A DNA stretch of 64,000 bases, taken from positions 10,546 through 74,545 of the IMG/VR virus record IMGVR_UViG_3300009184_000038. One strand, written 5' to 3'. The notes below the pieces were generated by a model. It did no database searches and was not told the DNA's origin. It worked only from the letters and a program-made list of their open reading frames with translations. The position numbers and the translations under genes were made by a program. The stretch is from a virus. Below are positions 33,796 to 44,398 of this stretch, in pieces. Each line of letters begins with the position of its first letter. The first letter of the stretch is position 1.

Positions 33796-35165
33796 TAGGC
33801 GATACCCCATTTAGTCTTCAAAAACGTGCTGATCTGCCCGATTGCGGTGGACGAAATCTGCTGGTCATACAACGCGACCTCGCAGATATAGCCCTTCCAC
33901 CGCTGGTCGGTTGACTGCGAGCCGAGGTTTGCGTAGCCAATAGTAAAACGGTCGCTTCCAGATGCGGGCGTCAACGTCCCACCGTCCTCTGAGTAGTATG
34001 TCAAGCCTACTGCCGTGCCGTTGACATACATCGCAGACGATGGAAGGTTGCCGCTAGGTATAGACATAGCTATGACGGCAAACGTGTTGTTGTAGGCCGA
34101 CGAAGGGCTGAGTTGAGAGAAATATGTATTATTTTGCTGCCATACAAAAAGCGCAGCGTAGTCGTGCCTTACTTGCCATCTCCAGCCAGTATACAAACCC
34201 TGCGTCTTTGCAATCAGCGTGCCATAATTGTTCGCGTCTACTTTGGCGACGATGAATATCGTGCCGCCGGTCGATGTCAGGCCCATTCCATCGACGCCGT
34301 CAAGGCCGAGTCCGATCAGCCCGCCTCCATCGACGCCGAACTGAAGAACTGAACGGCCATTCTGGAAAGACGATCGAAGAGTCGGGCCTGTGTAGGCCGC
34401 ATTGATTGCATCCGCTCGCAGCGTGGCGTGCCGACCGTTCCCCGATCGGTCTTCCCAGCGTTTCACGACGCTGTCCGCCGACGCGACTGATCCGCCAGAA
34501 ACCGCCCCATAGAGCGTGCTGGATTCTGAGGCGTCATACCGTGCAAACAGACCAGAAGTCGTCTGGATGATGTCGCCCGAGGCAGGAGTCACGGCACTGC
34601 TCGCAGACGAAAACGCACCCTGCCCGAGGCTGTTCGCTGCGGCCACGCGGAACACATACGCCGTACCGTTGGTCAGACCCGTCACCGTCGCAGTAGTGCT
34701 GGTTGAAGTCCCGTCGCTGAAGGTCGTCCACGACGAGCCCGAGTTGCTGCTGAACTGAACGACATAGTCCGTAATCGGCACTGCCGAAAGCACGACTGTA
34801 GGTGCCGTCCACGAAACGGTCGCTTGTGCGTTGCCGCCTGCCACAGTCACGCTGGTCGGCGCGGCTGGCGTGAACAATGCTTGAAGCACTGTGTCTGTGC
34901 CGTCTCCACCAGCACTACCACCGCTCACGCCCAACTCAAGGTAAGCACCCTGCCATTGGTAGGCGCGAGACGTGTCCGTTGCCAGATAAATCACTCCGCT
35001 ACTCCCCGTCGCGGGGAATGCGAAAACCGTCGCGGCAGCGACTACTCCGCCGCCACCGCTCGCGGCGACGAGTTCCCACACATTGTTTCCCGCGTAGCGG
35101 TACTCTCGCGAGTTTTGCGTTGACAGTGCCCCAACTGATGGGTTGCTTGGGAAGCTCAGTGGCAT
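33795..35165 (-). CDS. FN3 + LamG/ConA-like tail-associated protein
   Basis: FN3 motif; YDAS...W.D.SGNGRHA and GYICEVALY. Confidence 0.85.
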   Translation of the reverse strand: MPLSFPSNPSVGALSTQNSREYRYAGNNVWELVAASGGGGVVAAATVFAFPATGSSGVIYLATDTSRAYQWQGAYLELGVSGGSAGGDGTDTVLQALFTPAAPTSVTVAGGNAQATVSWTAPTVVLSAVPITDYVVQFSSNSGSSWTTFSDGTSTSTTATVTGLTNGTAYVFRVAAANSLGQGAFSSASSAVTPASGDIIQTTSGLFARYDASESSTLYGAVSGGSVASADSVVKRWEDRSGNGRHATLRADAINAAYTGPTLRSSFQNGRSVLQFGVDGGGLIGLGLDGVDGMGLTSTGGTIFIVAKVDANNYGTLIAKTQGLYTGWRWQVRHDYAALFVWQQNNTYFSQLSPSSAYNNTFAVIAMSIPSGNLPSSAMYVNGTAVGLTYYSEDGGTLTPASGSDRFTIGYANLGSQSTDQRWKGYICEVALYDQQISSTAIGQISTFLKTKWGIA

Positions 35166-35173
35166 GATTACCT

Positions 35174-35470
35174 CTAGTTACCGATCTCGACATAGACGCT
35201 GTTCGCTGTGTCCCAGCGAAGCGCACGTCCAAAATCCGTGAGGATATAAATGGTGTTGCTGGCACCGACAGCAGGCAGAGACCCCGCCACAGCGACCTCG
35301 ACGATGTTCGCAGAGCCGCCAGAACCGCCGGCACCGACGACGGCTGGCCTGTTAGCGGCGTTACCCGCGAACAGCTTGTTGTCTGCCGCGTTGTAGGCCA
35401 GTTCGCCGTAACTGAGAGTCGGCGTCGAGCCTGCGACGTTCGAGCGTTTTATTTTGATGATCTTTGGCAT
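35174..35470 (-). CDS. Short fibre adaptor protein
   Basis: IKIKRS...GELAYN.AD.KLF plus Y...D......W....YVEIG. Confidence 0.7.
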   Translation of the reverse strand: MPKIIKIKRSNVAGSTPTLSYGELAYNAADNKLFAGNAANRPAVVGAGGSGGSANIVEVAVAGSLPAVGASNTIYILTDFGRALRWDTANSVYVEIGN

Positions 35471-35479
35471 TGTTATGTT

Positions 35480-38400
35480 TTACCATGCCGTAAGGGCAGC
35501 AACGAAGTCTGTGCCTGCACTTACGCTTGCCCAATTTATCTGCGGGCCGATCCGAGTCGGCGACAGCACAACCGAGACCGAGTTTCCACCAATTTGAGCG
35601 CTCCTGTTGCTGCCCCAGCCCCACAGCTCGCCTTCTGCCGTGGTCGCGAAGGCGCACTCGCCGCTGACGGAAACGCTTGACCAAGTTTTACCGAGTCCGA
35701 TCTGCGTCGGAATGACTCGGGGGTCGGTCGTCCCGTCGCCAATCCCGTAACTGCCACCGCCCCACCCCCAAAGGCCGCCGCCAGATGTGATCGCATATGA
35801 AATTGCGTTACGCGACGAACCTCCGACCCAGTCGCTTGATGTTCCGATTCGGACGGGTGAGGTTCTGGGCGAGATTGTCCCGTCACCGACTGCGCCAGAG
35901 GCGTTGTAGCCCCAGCCCCATAGCTGGCCGGTCGTCGTTATGGCAAAAGAATTGTCGCCTCCAGCAAAAACTTTTGACCAATTCGTTGCCGAACCAATTC
36001 TCACAAGGGTTTCTGTAGGGTTAGTCGTTCCGTCACCGACTTGGCCGAAATTGTTGTATTCGCCGAGACCCCAAAGTTCACCAGCCGAGTTGATTGCGAA
36101 GATCGTAAACCCTCCGCAGGCGACAGCAACCCAATTGCTTGCCGACCCTATCCTTCGAGGGGTATCCGGCGCTCCCTGCAAATCAACTCCCCAAGAATAA
36201 AGAGCGCCCCCAGCAATTCCCGCGGAGTGGTAGTCGCCAGCAGAAACAGAAGTCCAATTTGAGGCCGAACCGACGAAGAATGGGGAGTTCTTGTTATCTC
36301 GCGAGCCGAGGCCAAGCTGCCCATAACCGTTGAGCCCCCAGGCCATCAAGCGTCCAGTTGTTGTGATCGCTAGCGAATGATACCTACCGGCAGCGATACT
36401 CGAGAATCGAATTGAGGAAAACGATATCAGCCCCGACGGCGGCGGCGGCGGGACGATGTTGTATGTGCCGCTTCCAAGCTGCCCCTGCGCGTTGTTGCCG
36501 CCCCATGCCCAGACCTGACCGGATTCGTCGGGTACGGACAGCGGAGCAGGAGCGCTCGTGAGCGATGTCGAGAACGTGGAGCCCGAGAGGCCAGACGTTG
36601 CCGTCACAACAACCCTATACACGTCGCCGTTGTCGCTCGCATATTTCAAGTTATTCAGAGACAGAGTCGCGGATGCTCTTCCTGGCAAGTCGACGAAGCT
36701 TCCAACACCTTTCGTCTGCTTCTGCCACTGATACGAGAGAGCAGAGAAAGGCGACGTTGTGGCCGATACGAGAAAAGTAGCTGCACCATACAGAGACGTT
36801 TGAATCGTCGGCTGGTATGTGATACTCAGCGACGGGCTGGGGACGTTGAGTGTGGCTGTTCTGCTGAAAACGGTGGGCGCTCCGCTTGCGGAGATCGCTG
36901 CCCGATAAGCGTCTTGATCGTTCACTGACGCAGTGAGTCCTGACAGCGAGAGCGTCCGACTCGTTGCAGAGGGAATGTCGGCGAACAACGACGATCCAGG
37001 CTTCTTAACTTGCCACTGGTAAAAAACGGTCGCGAGATTCGAGGAAGTTGCGTTAGTTGAGAAAACAGCCGAGCCAGTAAGAGACAAGAAATCTTGAGGC
37101 TGCTCTGTGATATTTATGTCCGCTGACGGAACATTCAATACTGCGATCCCGCTCGTCACGCTGACGCCGGAACCATCTGCTGACGAGACGACGACACAGT
37201 ATTCGTCGCCATTATCGGCGGCTGGCGTCAGCCCGGTCAGGCTCAAAACGCTGGCGGTCGCTCCGGCAACGTCAGTAAACGTGCTTGACCCGCCCTCCCG
37301 TTTTCTCCACTGATACCGGAGCGAGCCATACGAGATGGTCGCCGTAACAGAAAGGGCCGCAGTGCCGCTGTAGGTCAATACACTTTTCGGATCGGACAGC
37401 ACCGTGATGGCCGGCAGTGGCACGGTCAGGGTTGCGGAAAAGCTCGTCGCGCCGATCAAGCCGTTTGTACCCGAAATCACAACCCTATAAACGTCGCCGT
37501 TGTCTGTGACTGCCGATAGCCCTGACAGGAAGAGGTCGGGCGAATTAGAGCCTGGAATGTCTATGAAAGGCCCAGCGCCAGACTCTTGTTTTTGCCATTG
37601 CCACGCCAGCGATGAAGAGCCGACCGTTCTTGTAAGGACAGAAAATCTCGCCGTCCCGCTAGAGGCAAAAACAGACGCCGGGTGCGAGATGAACTCAACG
37701 TAAGGCGTGGGCAAGACGGTGAGGGTTGCTTCATTGCTATACGCTGCCGCCGCCCCTCCTGTCGCCGACACTATCACGCTGTAAGCGTCTCCTGTATCAA
37801 ACACGGGGCTTAAACCCGTCAGGGCAAGCGTAGCGCCCGTCGCGCCGGGCACGTCTGTGGAAGTCACGCTGCCCGACTCTCGCTTCCGCCATTGGTATGA
37901 GAGAGTCGCCCCTCCGGTCACGCTTGCGGCCACAGAGAATGTTGCGGAGCCTCCGACGGACGATTGCGAAGACGGCTGACTCGTTATCACGATTACCGGC
38001 ACCACTGCGAACGACAGCTTCGCTGCTTGGCTAGTGACGGATGCTGCGCCACCTGTTGCCGAGACGACCACGCGATACCAGTCGCCGTCATCGCTCGCGG
38101 ACGAGAGCCCCGTTAGCGGCAGGGTTCTGGATGTCGCGCCGGTCACGTCCGAGAACGGGCCTGCGCCCGACTCTTGCTTCTGCCACTGATATGACAAAGT
38201 GGCCCCGCCGGTCACGGTGGCGGTTGCGGCGAACGTAGCCGCATTGCTAGCCGCCTGCTGGCTGGTGGGTTGCGAAGTGATTGCGATAACAGGCAAGGAG
38301 ATCACCGTCAACGACGCCGCCCGCGACGTTACGCTCGCTGCCCCGCCAGTCGCAGAGACAATGCAGCGGAATTTGTCTCCGTTGTCGCTGGGGGATGCGG

Positions 38401-41400
38401 GGTAGATCGACAGGCTGGCACTCGTTGCGCCGGATATGCTCCCGCCATTGGATACATCCACGAAAGCCCCCGCCCCAGACTCCTGCTTTTGCCATTGATA
38501 TGACAGCACAGAGCCGCCCGTGACTGAAGAAGACACAACCAAAGTCGCCGTGCCCCCCTCGGCGACCGAAGCGTCCGCGGGGCTGTTGCTCTGAACAGTG
38601 ATTGCGGGAACAGGAACGCTCAGTGCGGCAGAAAGACTCGTAACCGAGACCGCGCCGTCTGTTGACGAAAGGACAACCCGGTATACGTCTCCGTTGTCGT
38701 TGGCGTAAGTTAGCCCAACCAAGTCGAGGCTCGCACTGGTGGCACCGGAGACAGCCACGAACGGGCCAGCGCCAGACTCTTGCTTTTGCCACTGATATGA
38801 AATTGTCGCACCACCCGTAACGGACGCAGAGACGCCGAAAGTCGCTTCGCCAGAGACGTTTGCAGTGCGACTAGACGGTTGTGACACAATGGTGATGACC
38901 GGAGAGGCTACGGTGAGCGTAGCCGCACCGCTGGTGACGCTAGTCGCTGCCCCCGAGGCAGAGGCAACGACCTGATACAAGTCGCCGTTGTTCGTGGCGT
39001 TTGTCAGCCCGGTCAGCGCGAGTGTTGAACTCGTGGCTCCTGGTATGTTTGCAAAGCTACCAACGCCCGCTGCCCGTCGCTGCCACTGATACGAGACCGT
39101 TGGGGTGAAGGTGGCTACGGCAGTAGCGGTAAAGGTAGCAGAACCACCCACCGCGACTTGGCTTGAGGGCTGCGAAGTAATCGTTATTACTGGAACGGGC
39201 ACCAGAACAGCCACGGCCGCGCTCGTGACACTCGTTGCTCCACCAGTGGCTGAGATTACAACGCGATATAGGTCGCCGTTGTTCAAGGCGTTCGTGAGAC
39301 CCGACAGCGACAGCGTGTTACTTGTGGCACCGCTTACGGTGACGAAGTCGCTGACGCCATAAGCCGATCGCTGCCATTGATAAGAAAGCAGTGCCACTGC
39401 CGAAGCAGAGGCCATAACCGAAAAGGATGCTGCACCACCGTTGGCAGTCTGGGGGGCTGGCTGCTGTACGATGGCGATCACGGGCAGCGGTACGATCAGC
39501 GCCGTCGCGTTGCTGGTGACGCTCGCTGCTCCGCCAGTTCCAGAAACCACGACGCGGTAGGCGTCTCCGTTGTCGTTTTGGTTTGTCAGCCCCGTGAGCG
39601 TCAACTGAAACGATGTCTTCCCGGCGATGTCTGCGAAATCGCTTGCCCCATTCTCGCGTTTCTGCCATTGATATGAGACCGTAACGCCTGCGCTTGCGGC
39701 AGCGGAAATATCAAGCAATGCCTGACCGGAAGATGTATTTGTGGTTTCCGGCAATCTGCCGACAGTCAGCTTCGGATACACAATCGCGGATTCGCTTGAA
39801 TATAGAGCGGCTGCACCGCCAGTCGCGGATACAGCTACCCGATAAACATCCGAGTCGTTGTCTGCCGTCAGGCCGGTCAAGGACAGGGTTGACGATGTCT
39901 CGCCGGCAACGGTCGCGAAGTCGCCGACTCCGTACCTCTTTCGCTCCCACTGGTATGAAAGCGTTGCGCTTTTCGTGACAGAAGCGACCACGGTAAGCGA
40001 TGCCACGCCGTTGATCGCGACCCTCGTCGCCGAGGGCTGCTGCGAGATGGTGATGAAGGGCGCGGGGACGGTAAGGGACACGGCGTTGCTCGTCGTCGTC
40101 GTCGCGCCGCCGGTCGCGGACACGACGCAGCGATATCGAGAGCCGTTGTCGGCAGGGGTTGTGAGGCCCGTGAGGGTCAGCGTTGCGCTCGTGGCAGTTG
40201 GTATGTCAGCGTAAACGCTCGACCCAGACGCGGCTCGTTGCCACTGGTAGAAAATCGCGGAACCAAGCGTGGCGGTCGCCGTAATCGAAAAAGTGGCTTC
40301 TCCAGTCAAGGAGGCGACGGCTGCTGAAGGCTGCGAAGTAATCGCCAGGACAGACGAGGGGACGCTCGCTGTGAGTGTCGCAGAAGCACTATTCACCGTG
40401 CTGAAGCCAGACTTTGAGAATACAGCGCGGTATCTTGACCCGTTATCGCCAAACATCGGCCTAAAAGAGAGCGACGGAGATGTTGCCCCAGCGATAGTTG
40501 ACCAAGTCGCCCCCGCGTCGAGGGATTTTTGCCATTGGATAGACGGGACTCCAAAGGGAGTCGTCGCAGACGATGAGAACGTCGCTGATAGCACGCCTCC
40601 AAAGTCAATGACAGCAGCCGATCCGTTTAGGATGAATCCGCTGCTCGACTTGGCATACTTGATCGCCTTGTTGCCGACGACCTGTCTCTCTGTCGTGAAC
40701 TGAGGCAGCGAGCTTCCCCTGCTTGTCCAAGTGAGGCCGTCAAGACTGGTGTAGAAGACTGGCACGCCCGCAGAGCTTCTTCCGTTCGCCATGAAGCCAC
40801 CGTCGACCGCCGTGATTGTGTCGGCCTGCTGCGCGGCTCCGCCAGATTGGCGAAGAACCCAATTCAGCCCATCGTTGCTGCTCGCGATTCCAGTCGCCGT
40901 CAAGGCTGCATATCTTCCGTCGCGGAACGCTATTCGGCTAATCTCTAAATTAACACCGCCGAAGTCCCACGATCCGTCCGGTCGCTGCGCGTAAATTACG
41001 CTACCGAAACCGCTTGCCGCTGGCCCTACGATGACGAATCGCCTTCCGTCATGCACGGCATGAGTAAGCGTGGAAGCAAAGATGCCCGTTCCTGACGGCG
41101 ACCCCACGCCAGCGTTCGTTACTTCATAAATCGCATCAAAGTTGGCACCAGTCAGTAGAATTTTCGATCCGTCGCTTGAAACGCATATCTCTGGAACGGT
41201 GGAAGACGTTGTTGCCGATACGGAAGTCCAAGAATTCCCATTGCGCGAGAATAGGATGCGGCCTGCGCCTTGGTAAGCAAAGAACCACCCTCCTCCGCTT
41301 TCAACGAAATAGAGATCGGAAGTCACCGATGAAGATGACGCAAGAGACGACGTGGTGCTTGTCCAGTTAATCCCGTCAGTGCTTTTCGCGGAAACGATCG

Positions 41401-44398
41401 TAGCTGACCTTGGAAGAACCGTTAGATAAACTCCGTTTCCATGCACTACTCGCGACCACACGCCAGCGTGTGGAAGTACATCCAGCCGGGAGGCCCACGT
41501 CACGCCGTCGTCACTTGTTGCTAGGTAATCGCCAGCACTCGCGTCGGCTGGCGTTGCGAACCACTTATCGTTCGCGACCGACACGCTGCTCCAAGACCCC
41601 GATGGAAGCGTAAATGTACGAGTCGAGTACGCGGACGAAGCGGCAGTTGTGTTGCTCGGTTGCTGCGTGACCGTGATTGTGTCCGCAGGCACGGTCAGGG
41701 TGGCCGCACTCGACCGAACAGTGCTCCAGCCGCTCTTCTCGAACTTCGCTCTGTATCGCTTTCCAGAGTCGCTGCTCGTGAGTCCAGTCAAGTTCAGCGA
41801 CGAGTTTGTCTGCCCGCTCAAGTCCGAGAAGTTCGCGCCGTCGCTTGAGACTTCCCACTGAATCGTCGGTGCCCCCGCGGGAGACGTTGCGGCAGACGAA
41901 AAGGAGGCAGAGTAGTTCGGCGTCGTGCCAGCAACCGGCTGGCCTGTCTGGCTGGCTGGCTGCGTCGTCACGCTGATTGGTGCCACGTTCAGCGTGGCCG
42001 CATTACTCGTTACGTCAGGGTAGCCGCTTGACGACACGATGCAGCGGTATCGCCGACCACTGTTGCCGGTCTCGGTGACCGCACTCAGCGAGAAGCTTGC
42101 CGACGTGGCTCCGCTCACACTCGTCCAATTCGTTCCGTCTGGAGACGATTGCCACTGGTAGGTCAGGCTCGTCCCAGGGGTCGTGGCAGAGACGGCGAAG
42201 CTAGCTGATGTGCCGTTAGTCAGGGACACGCTCTGCGGCTGAGTCACAATCGAGATCGCCGCCGCTATCGTCAGCGTGGCCTCGCCGCTCGTGAGCGTGG
42301 CCGTCGGAGTCAGCTCGACGGCCACGGCCGGGAACCAACCGCCGACTGCCGAGCCGCCCGTGCCAGACGAGCCTGTCGAAATCACGACGCGGTACTTGTC
42401 GCCGTTGTTGGCGGCGTATGAAAGCGAGTCAAGAGATAGAGTGGCCGACAGCCCAGTTGCGATGTTCGACCAAGCGCCAACACCACCAGCCTGACGCTGC
42501 CACTGATAGAGCAGTTCTGCGCTCTCAGTGGCTGATGCCGTGACGATGAACGTAGCAGCACCAGCCACTGCCGTCTGATCAGCCGGCTGCACCGAGATCG
42601 AGATCGTCGGAGTCGTCCAGTCTTCGATCGCAGCCCGCCGCCACTGGTTCACGTCGTTGGCGACGTAGACGTAGTCTGAGTCGTAGCTGAGAGCACCGGC
42701 CTTTGTGACCGCCGTTGTCGCCGTCGGCGCGGTTGACCAAGCTATCCCGCCAGCCTCAATCGTGACGGCACCTGTCTTGCCGTTGACGCTCTGGACGGGA
42801 GCCGCCGCAGCCGCCCGAGCCGACGTGAAGTAGAGGTTCGTCGTGCCTTCGATCACCGCGTCGGTTGAGCCTGGGCTGCTGGCGATTTCGACGTAGGCCG
42901 ACCCGCTCCATCTGTAGAGCTTGCGAGTGTCGACAGTGACGTAGAGCTTTCCGCTCTCGCCAGTTATGGAAGCCAGCGCGGAGAATGTTGCCGCTTCGAC
43001 GATGTCGTCGACATAGCTCGGGAGGAGGCTGCTCGAGATTTTTCCAGAGCCGTCAAGCGTCACATAGGTGCCAGCCGGCTGCTTTAAGTCCAACGCCGAC
43101 TGTAATCCGATCACGTCGCTTACGGCGTGCGAATGCGTGGAGGGAGCGAAGGTGGCTGGCACGCCCGTCAGATTGCCGTAGGCAATCACAGGCACCGGAT
43201 GGACGTGGTCGGCTCTGGACGCCGTGAGAGCTGAACCACCCCGCGCTACGCCGAGCGGCTGGGGGGTCTCGTCGGCGAGGTTCGCGGTTCCGTCCGCTCC
43301 ACGAGGGATGGTGAAGTTCAACGTCACCGTGCCGCCGCTCGCCACCGTGTCGATCTTCGCAGACGAGCCAGCGGAGCCAGTTGCCACCGTTCCGACTTGT
43401 ACCGTCGTGAACGGGCCACCCGGCCCCTGCGGCCCCTGCGGGATGACGAACGAAATCTGCTGAGACGGAGCTGCGCCCGTGATGGTCACGGCAGCGGTCG
43501 TCCCCGTCGTGACTCCTGCAACGCTCAGTGAGTTCGCCGGCCCCGCCGGCCCCACGTCTCCCTGCGGCCCTTGGATTCCAGTTGCTCCTTGAGGCAGCAC
43601 CAGATTCAGCGTCTGCGTCGGTGCCGTGCCGGTGATCGTCGCCGCGGCGTCAGGCCCAGTGATAACCGTGCCGATCTTGAGCGACGATACCGGCCCCGCC
43701 GGCCCCTGCGGCAGCACAAACGAGAGCGACTGAGACGGGGCCGATCCCGTGATACTCACGGCTGCCGTGGCACCCGTGGTGACGCTACCAATCGACAGCG
43801 AGTTCGATGGGCCAGTTGCTCCTGGCTGAAGCACAAACGAGAGCGACTGAGACGGTGCCGATCCCGTAATGCTGACGGCCGCCGTCGCGCCTGTGGTGAC
43901 GCTGCCAATCGACAGCGAGTTCGCTGGCCCCACCGGCCCCTGCGGCAGCACGAATGAAAGCGATTGAGACGGAGCTGCCCCCGTGATGCTCACGGCAGCC
44001 GTTGTGCCAGTGCTCACGCTACCGATCGACAGCGAGTTCGCCGGCCCCGCCGGCAGCACAAACGAGAGCGACTGGGACGGTGCCGATCCCGTGATGCTGA
44101 CGGCCGCTGACGTTCCAGTGCTGACGCTGCCGATCGACAGCGAAGTCGCCGGCCCCGTCAGGCCAGTGGCCCCGCGAGGCAGCGAGAAATTGAATTTCGC
44201 GGCGAATGCCGAGCCGACGTTCGTGACGGTCGCCGTCTGGGTCGCGTCGATCGTCGTGACCGTTCCAGCCTCGATCGTCGCCGCCGCACCGCCGCCGCCG
44301 CCGCCTTGGGCTCCGACATTGACGTTGACCGTGTCGCCGTTACCCACGACGCTGTTGATGCTCGTCGAGCCGACGACGACAACGCTGATTTCGCTCAT
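35480..44398 (-). CDS. Giant (2972 aa) fibre/adhesin: collagen-linked repeats, ~17 Ig-like domains, beta-propeller, RCC1 repeats
   Basis: QP..Q...ATF....YQWQ...NGD.YR repeats; S.DG..W repeats; WG.N..GQLG.G repeats. Confidence 0.92.
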   Translation of the reverse strand: MSEISVVVVGSTSINSVVGNGDTVNVNVGAQGGGGGGAAATIEAGTVTTIDATQTATVTNVGSAFAAKFNFSLPRGATGLTGPATSLSIGSVSTGTSAAVSITGSAPSQSLSFVLPAGPANSLSIGSVSTGTTAAVSITGAAPSQSLSFVLPQGPVGPANSLSIGSVTTGATAAVSITGSAPSQSLSFVLQPGATGPSNSLSIGSVTTGATAAVSITGSAPSQSLSFVLPQGPAGPVSSLKIGTVITGPDAAATITGTAPTQTLNLVLPQGATGIQGPQGDVGPAGPANSLSVAGVTTGTTAAVTITGAAPSQQISFVIPQGPQGPGGPFTTVQVGTVATGSAGSSAKIDTVASGGTVTLNFTIPRGADGTANLADETPQPLGVARGGSALTASRADHVHPVPVIAYGNLTGVPATFAPSTHSHAVSDVIGLQSALDLKQPAGTYVTLDGSGKISSSLLPSYVDDIVEAATFSALASITGESGKLYVTVDTRKLYRWSGSAYVEIASSPGSTDAVIEGTTNLYFTSARAAAAAPVQSVNGKTGAVTIEAGGIAWSTAPTATTAVTKAGALSYDSDYVYVANDVNQWRRAAIEDWTTPTISISVQPADQTAVAGAATFIVTASATESAELLYQWQRQAGGVGAWSNIATGLSATLSLDSLSYAANNGDKYRVVISTGSSGTGGSAVGGWFPAVAVELTPTATLTSGEATLTIAAAISIVTQPQSVSLTNGTSASFAVSATTPGTSLTYQWQSSPDGTNWTSVSGATSASFSLSAVTETGNSGRRYRCIVSSSGYPDVTSNAATLNVAPISVTTQPASQTGQPVAGTTPNYSASFSSAATSPAGAPTIQWEVSSDGANFSDLSGQTNSSLNLTGLTSSDSGKRYRAKFEKSGWSTVRSSAATLTVPADTITVTQQPSNTTAASSAYSTRTFTLPSGSWSSVSVANDKWFATPADASAGDYLATSDDGVTWASRLDVLPHAGVWSRVVHGNGVYLTVLPRSATIVSAKSTDGINWTSTTSSLASSSSVTSDLYFVESGGGWFFAYQGAGRILFSRNGNSWTSVSATTSSTVPEICVSSDGSKILLTGANFDAIYEVTNAGVGSPSGTGIFASTLTHAVHDGRRFVIVGPAASGFGSVIYAQRPDGSWDFGGVNLEISRIAFRDGRYAALTATGIASSNDGLNWVLRQSGGAAQQADTITAVDGGFMANGRSSAGVPVFYTSLDGLTWTSRGSSLPQFTTERQVVGNKAIKYAKSSSGFILNGSAAVIDFGGVLSATFSSSATTPFGVPSIQWQKSLDAGATWSTIAGATSPSLSFRPMFGDNGSRYRAVFSKSGFSTVNSASATLTASVPSSVLAITSQPSAAVASLTGEATFSITATATLGSAIFYQWQRAASGSSVYADIPTATSATLTLTGLTTPADNGSRYRCVVSATGGATTTTSNAVSLTVPAPFITISQQPSATRVAINGVASLTVVASVTKSATLSYQWERKRYGVGDFATVAGETSSTLSLTGLTADNDSDVYRVAVSATGGAAALYSSESAIVYPKLTVGRLPETTNTSSGQALLDISAAASAGVTVSYQWQKRENGASDFADIAGKTSFQLTLTGLTNQNDNGDAYRVVVSGTGGAASVTSNATALIVPLPVIAIVQQPAPQTANGGAASFSVMASASAVALLSYQWQRSAYGVSDFVTVSGATSNTLSLSGLTNALNNGDLYRVVISATGGATSVTSAAVAVLVPVPVITITSQPSSQVAVGGSATFTATAVATFTPTVSYQWQRRAAGVGSFANIPGATSSTLALTGLTNATNNGDLYQVVASASGAATSVTSGAATLTVASPVITIVSQPSSRTANVSGEATFGVSASVTGGATISYQWQKQESGAGPFVAVSGATSASLDLVGLTYANDNGDVYRVVLSSTDGAVSVTSLSAALSVPVPAITVQSNSPADASVAEGGTATLVVSSSVTGGSVLSYQWQKQESGAGAFVDVSNGGSISGATSASLSIYPASPSDNGDKFRCIVSATGGAASVTSRAASLTVISLPVIAITSQPTSQQAASNAATFAATATVTGGATLSYQWQKQESGAGPFSDVTGATSRTLPLTGLSSASDDGDWYRVVVSATGGAASVTSQAAKLSFAVVPVIVITSQPSSQSSVGGSATFSVAASVTGGATLSYQWRKRESGSVTSTDVPGATGATLALTGLSPVFDTGDAYSVIVSATGGAAAAYSNEATLTVLPTPYVEFISHPASVFASSGTARFSVLTRTVGSSSLAWQWQKQESGAGPFIDIPGSNSPDLFLSGLSAVTDNGDVYRVVISGTNGLIGATSFSATLTVPLPAITVLSDPKSVLTYSGTAALSVTATISYGSLRYQWRKREGGSSTFTDVAGATASVLSLTGLTPAADNGDEYCVVVSSADGSGVSVTSGIAVLNVPSADINITEQPQDFLSLTGSAVFSTNATSSNLATVFYQWQVKKPGSSLFADIPSATSRTLSLSGLTASVNDQDAYRAAISASGAPTVFSRTATLNVPSPSLSITYQPTIQTSLYGAATFLVSATTSPFSALSYQWQKQTKGVGSFVDLPGRASATLSLNNLKYASDNGDVYRVVVTATSGLSGSTFSTSLTSAPAPLSVPDESGQVWAWGGNNAQGQLGSGTYNIVPPPPPSGLISFSSIRFSSIAAGRYHSLAITTTGRLMAWGLNGYGQLGLGSRDNKNSPFFVGSASNWTSVSAGDYHSAGIAGGALYSWGVDLQGAPDTPRRIGSASNWVAVACGGFTIFAINSAGELWGLGEYNNFGQVGDGTTNPTETLVRIGSATNWSKVFAGGDNSFAITTTGQLWGWGYNASGAVGDGTISPRTSPVRIGTSSDWVGGSSRNAISYAITSGGGLWGWGGGSYGIGDGTTDPRVIPTQIGLGKTWSSVSVSGECAFATTAEGELWGWGSNRSAQIGGNSVSVVLSPTRIGPQINWASVSAGTDFVAALTAW
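43297..44290 (-). repeat. ~8 tandem 36-51 aa repeats (GPANSLSIGSV.TG..AAVSITG.APSQSLSFVLPQGP); boundaries approximate
   Basis: Visible at protein and DNA level, ~117-bp period in the core copies. Confidence 0.85.

Noticed and set aside
28202-35470. Integrase as a shufflon or invertase for adjacent fibre genes
   Set aside because: All fibre genes are co-oriented and I saw no inverted recombination sites or reversed partial cassettes
32620-44398. Diversity-generating retroelement acting on fibre tips
   Set aside because: No reverse transcriptase in the window and no TR/VR pair with adenine-specific differences noticed; repeats match FN3/Ig duplications
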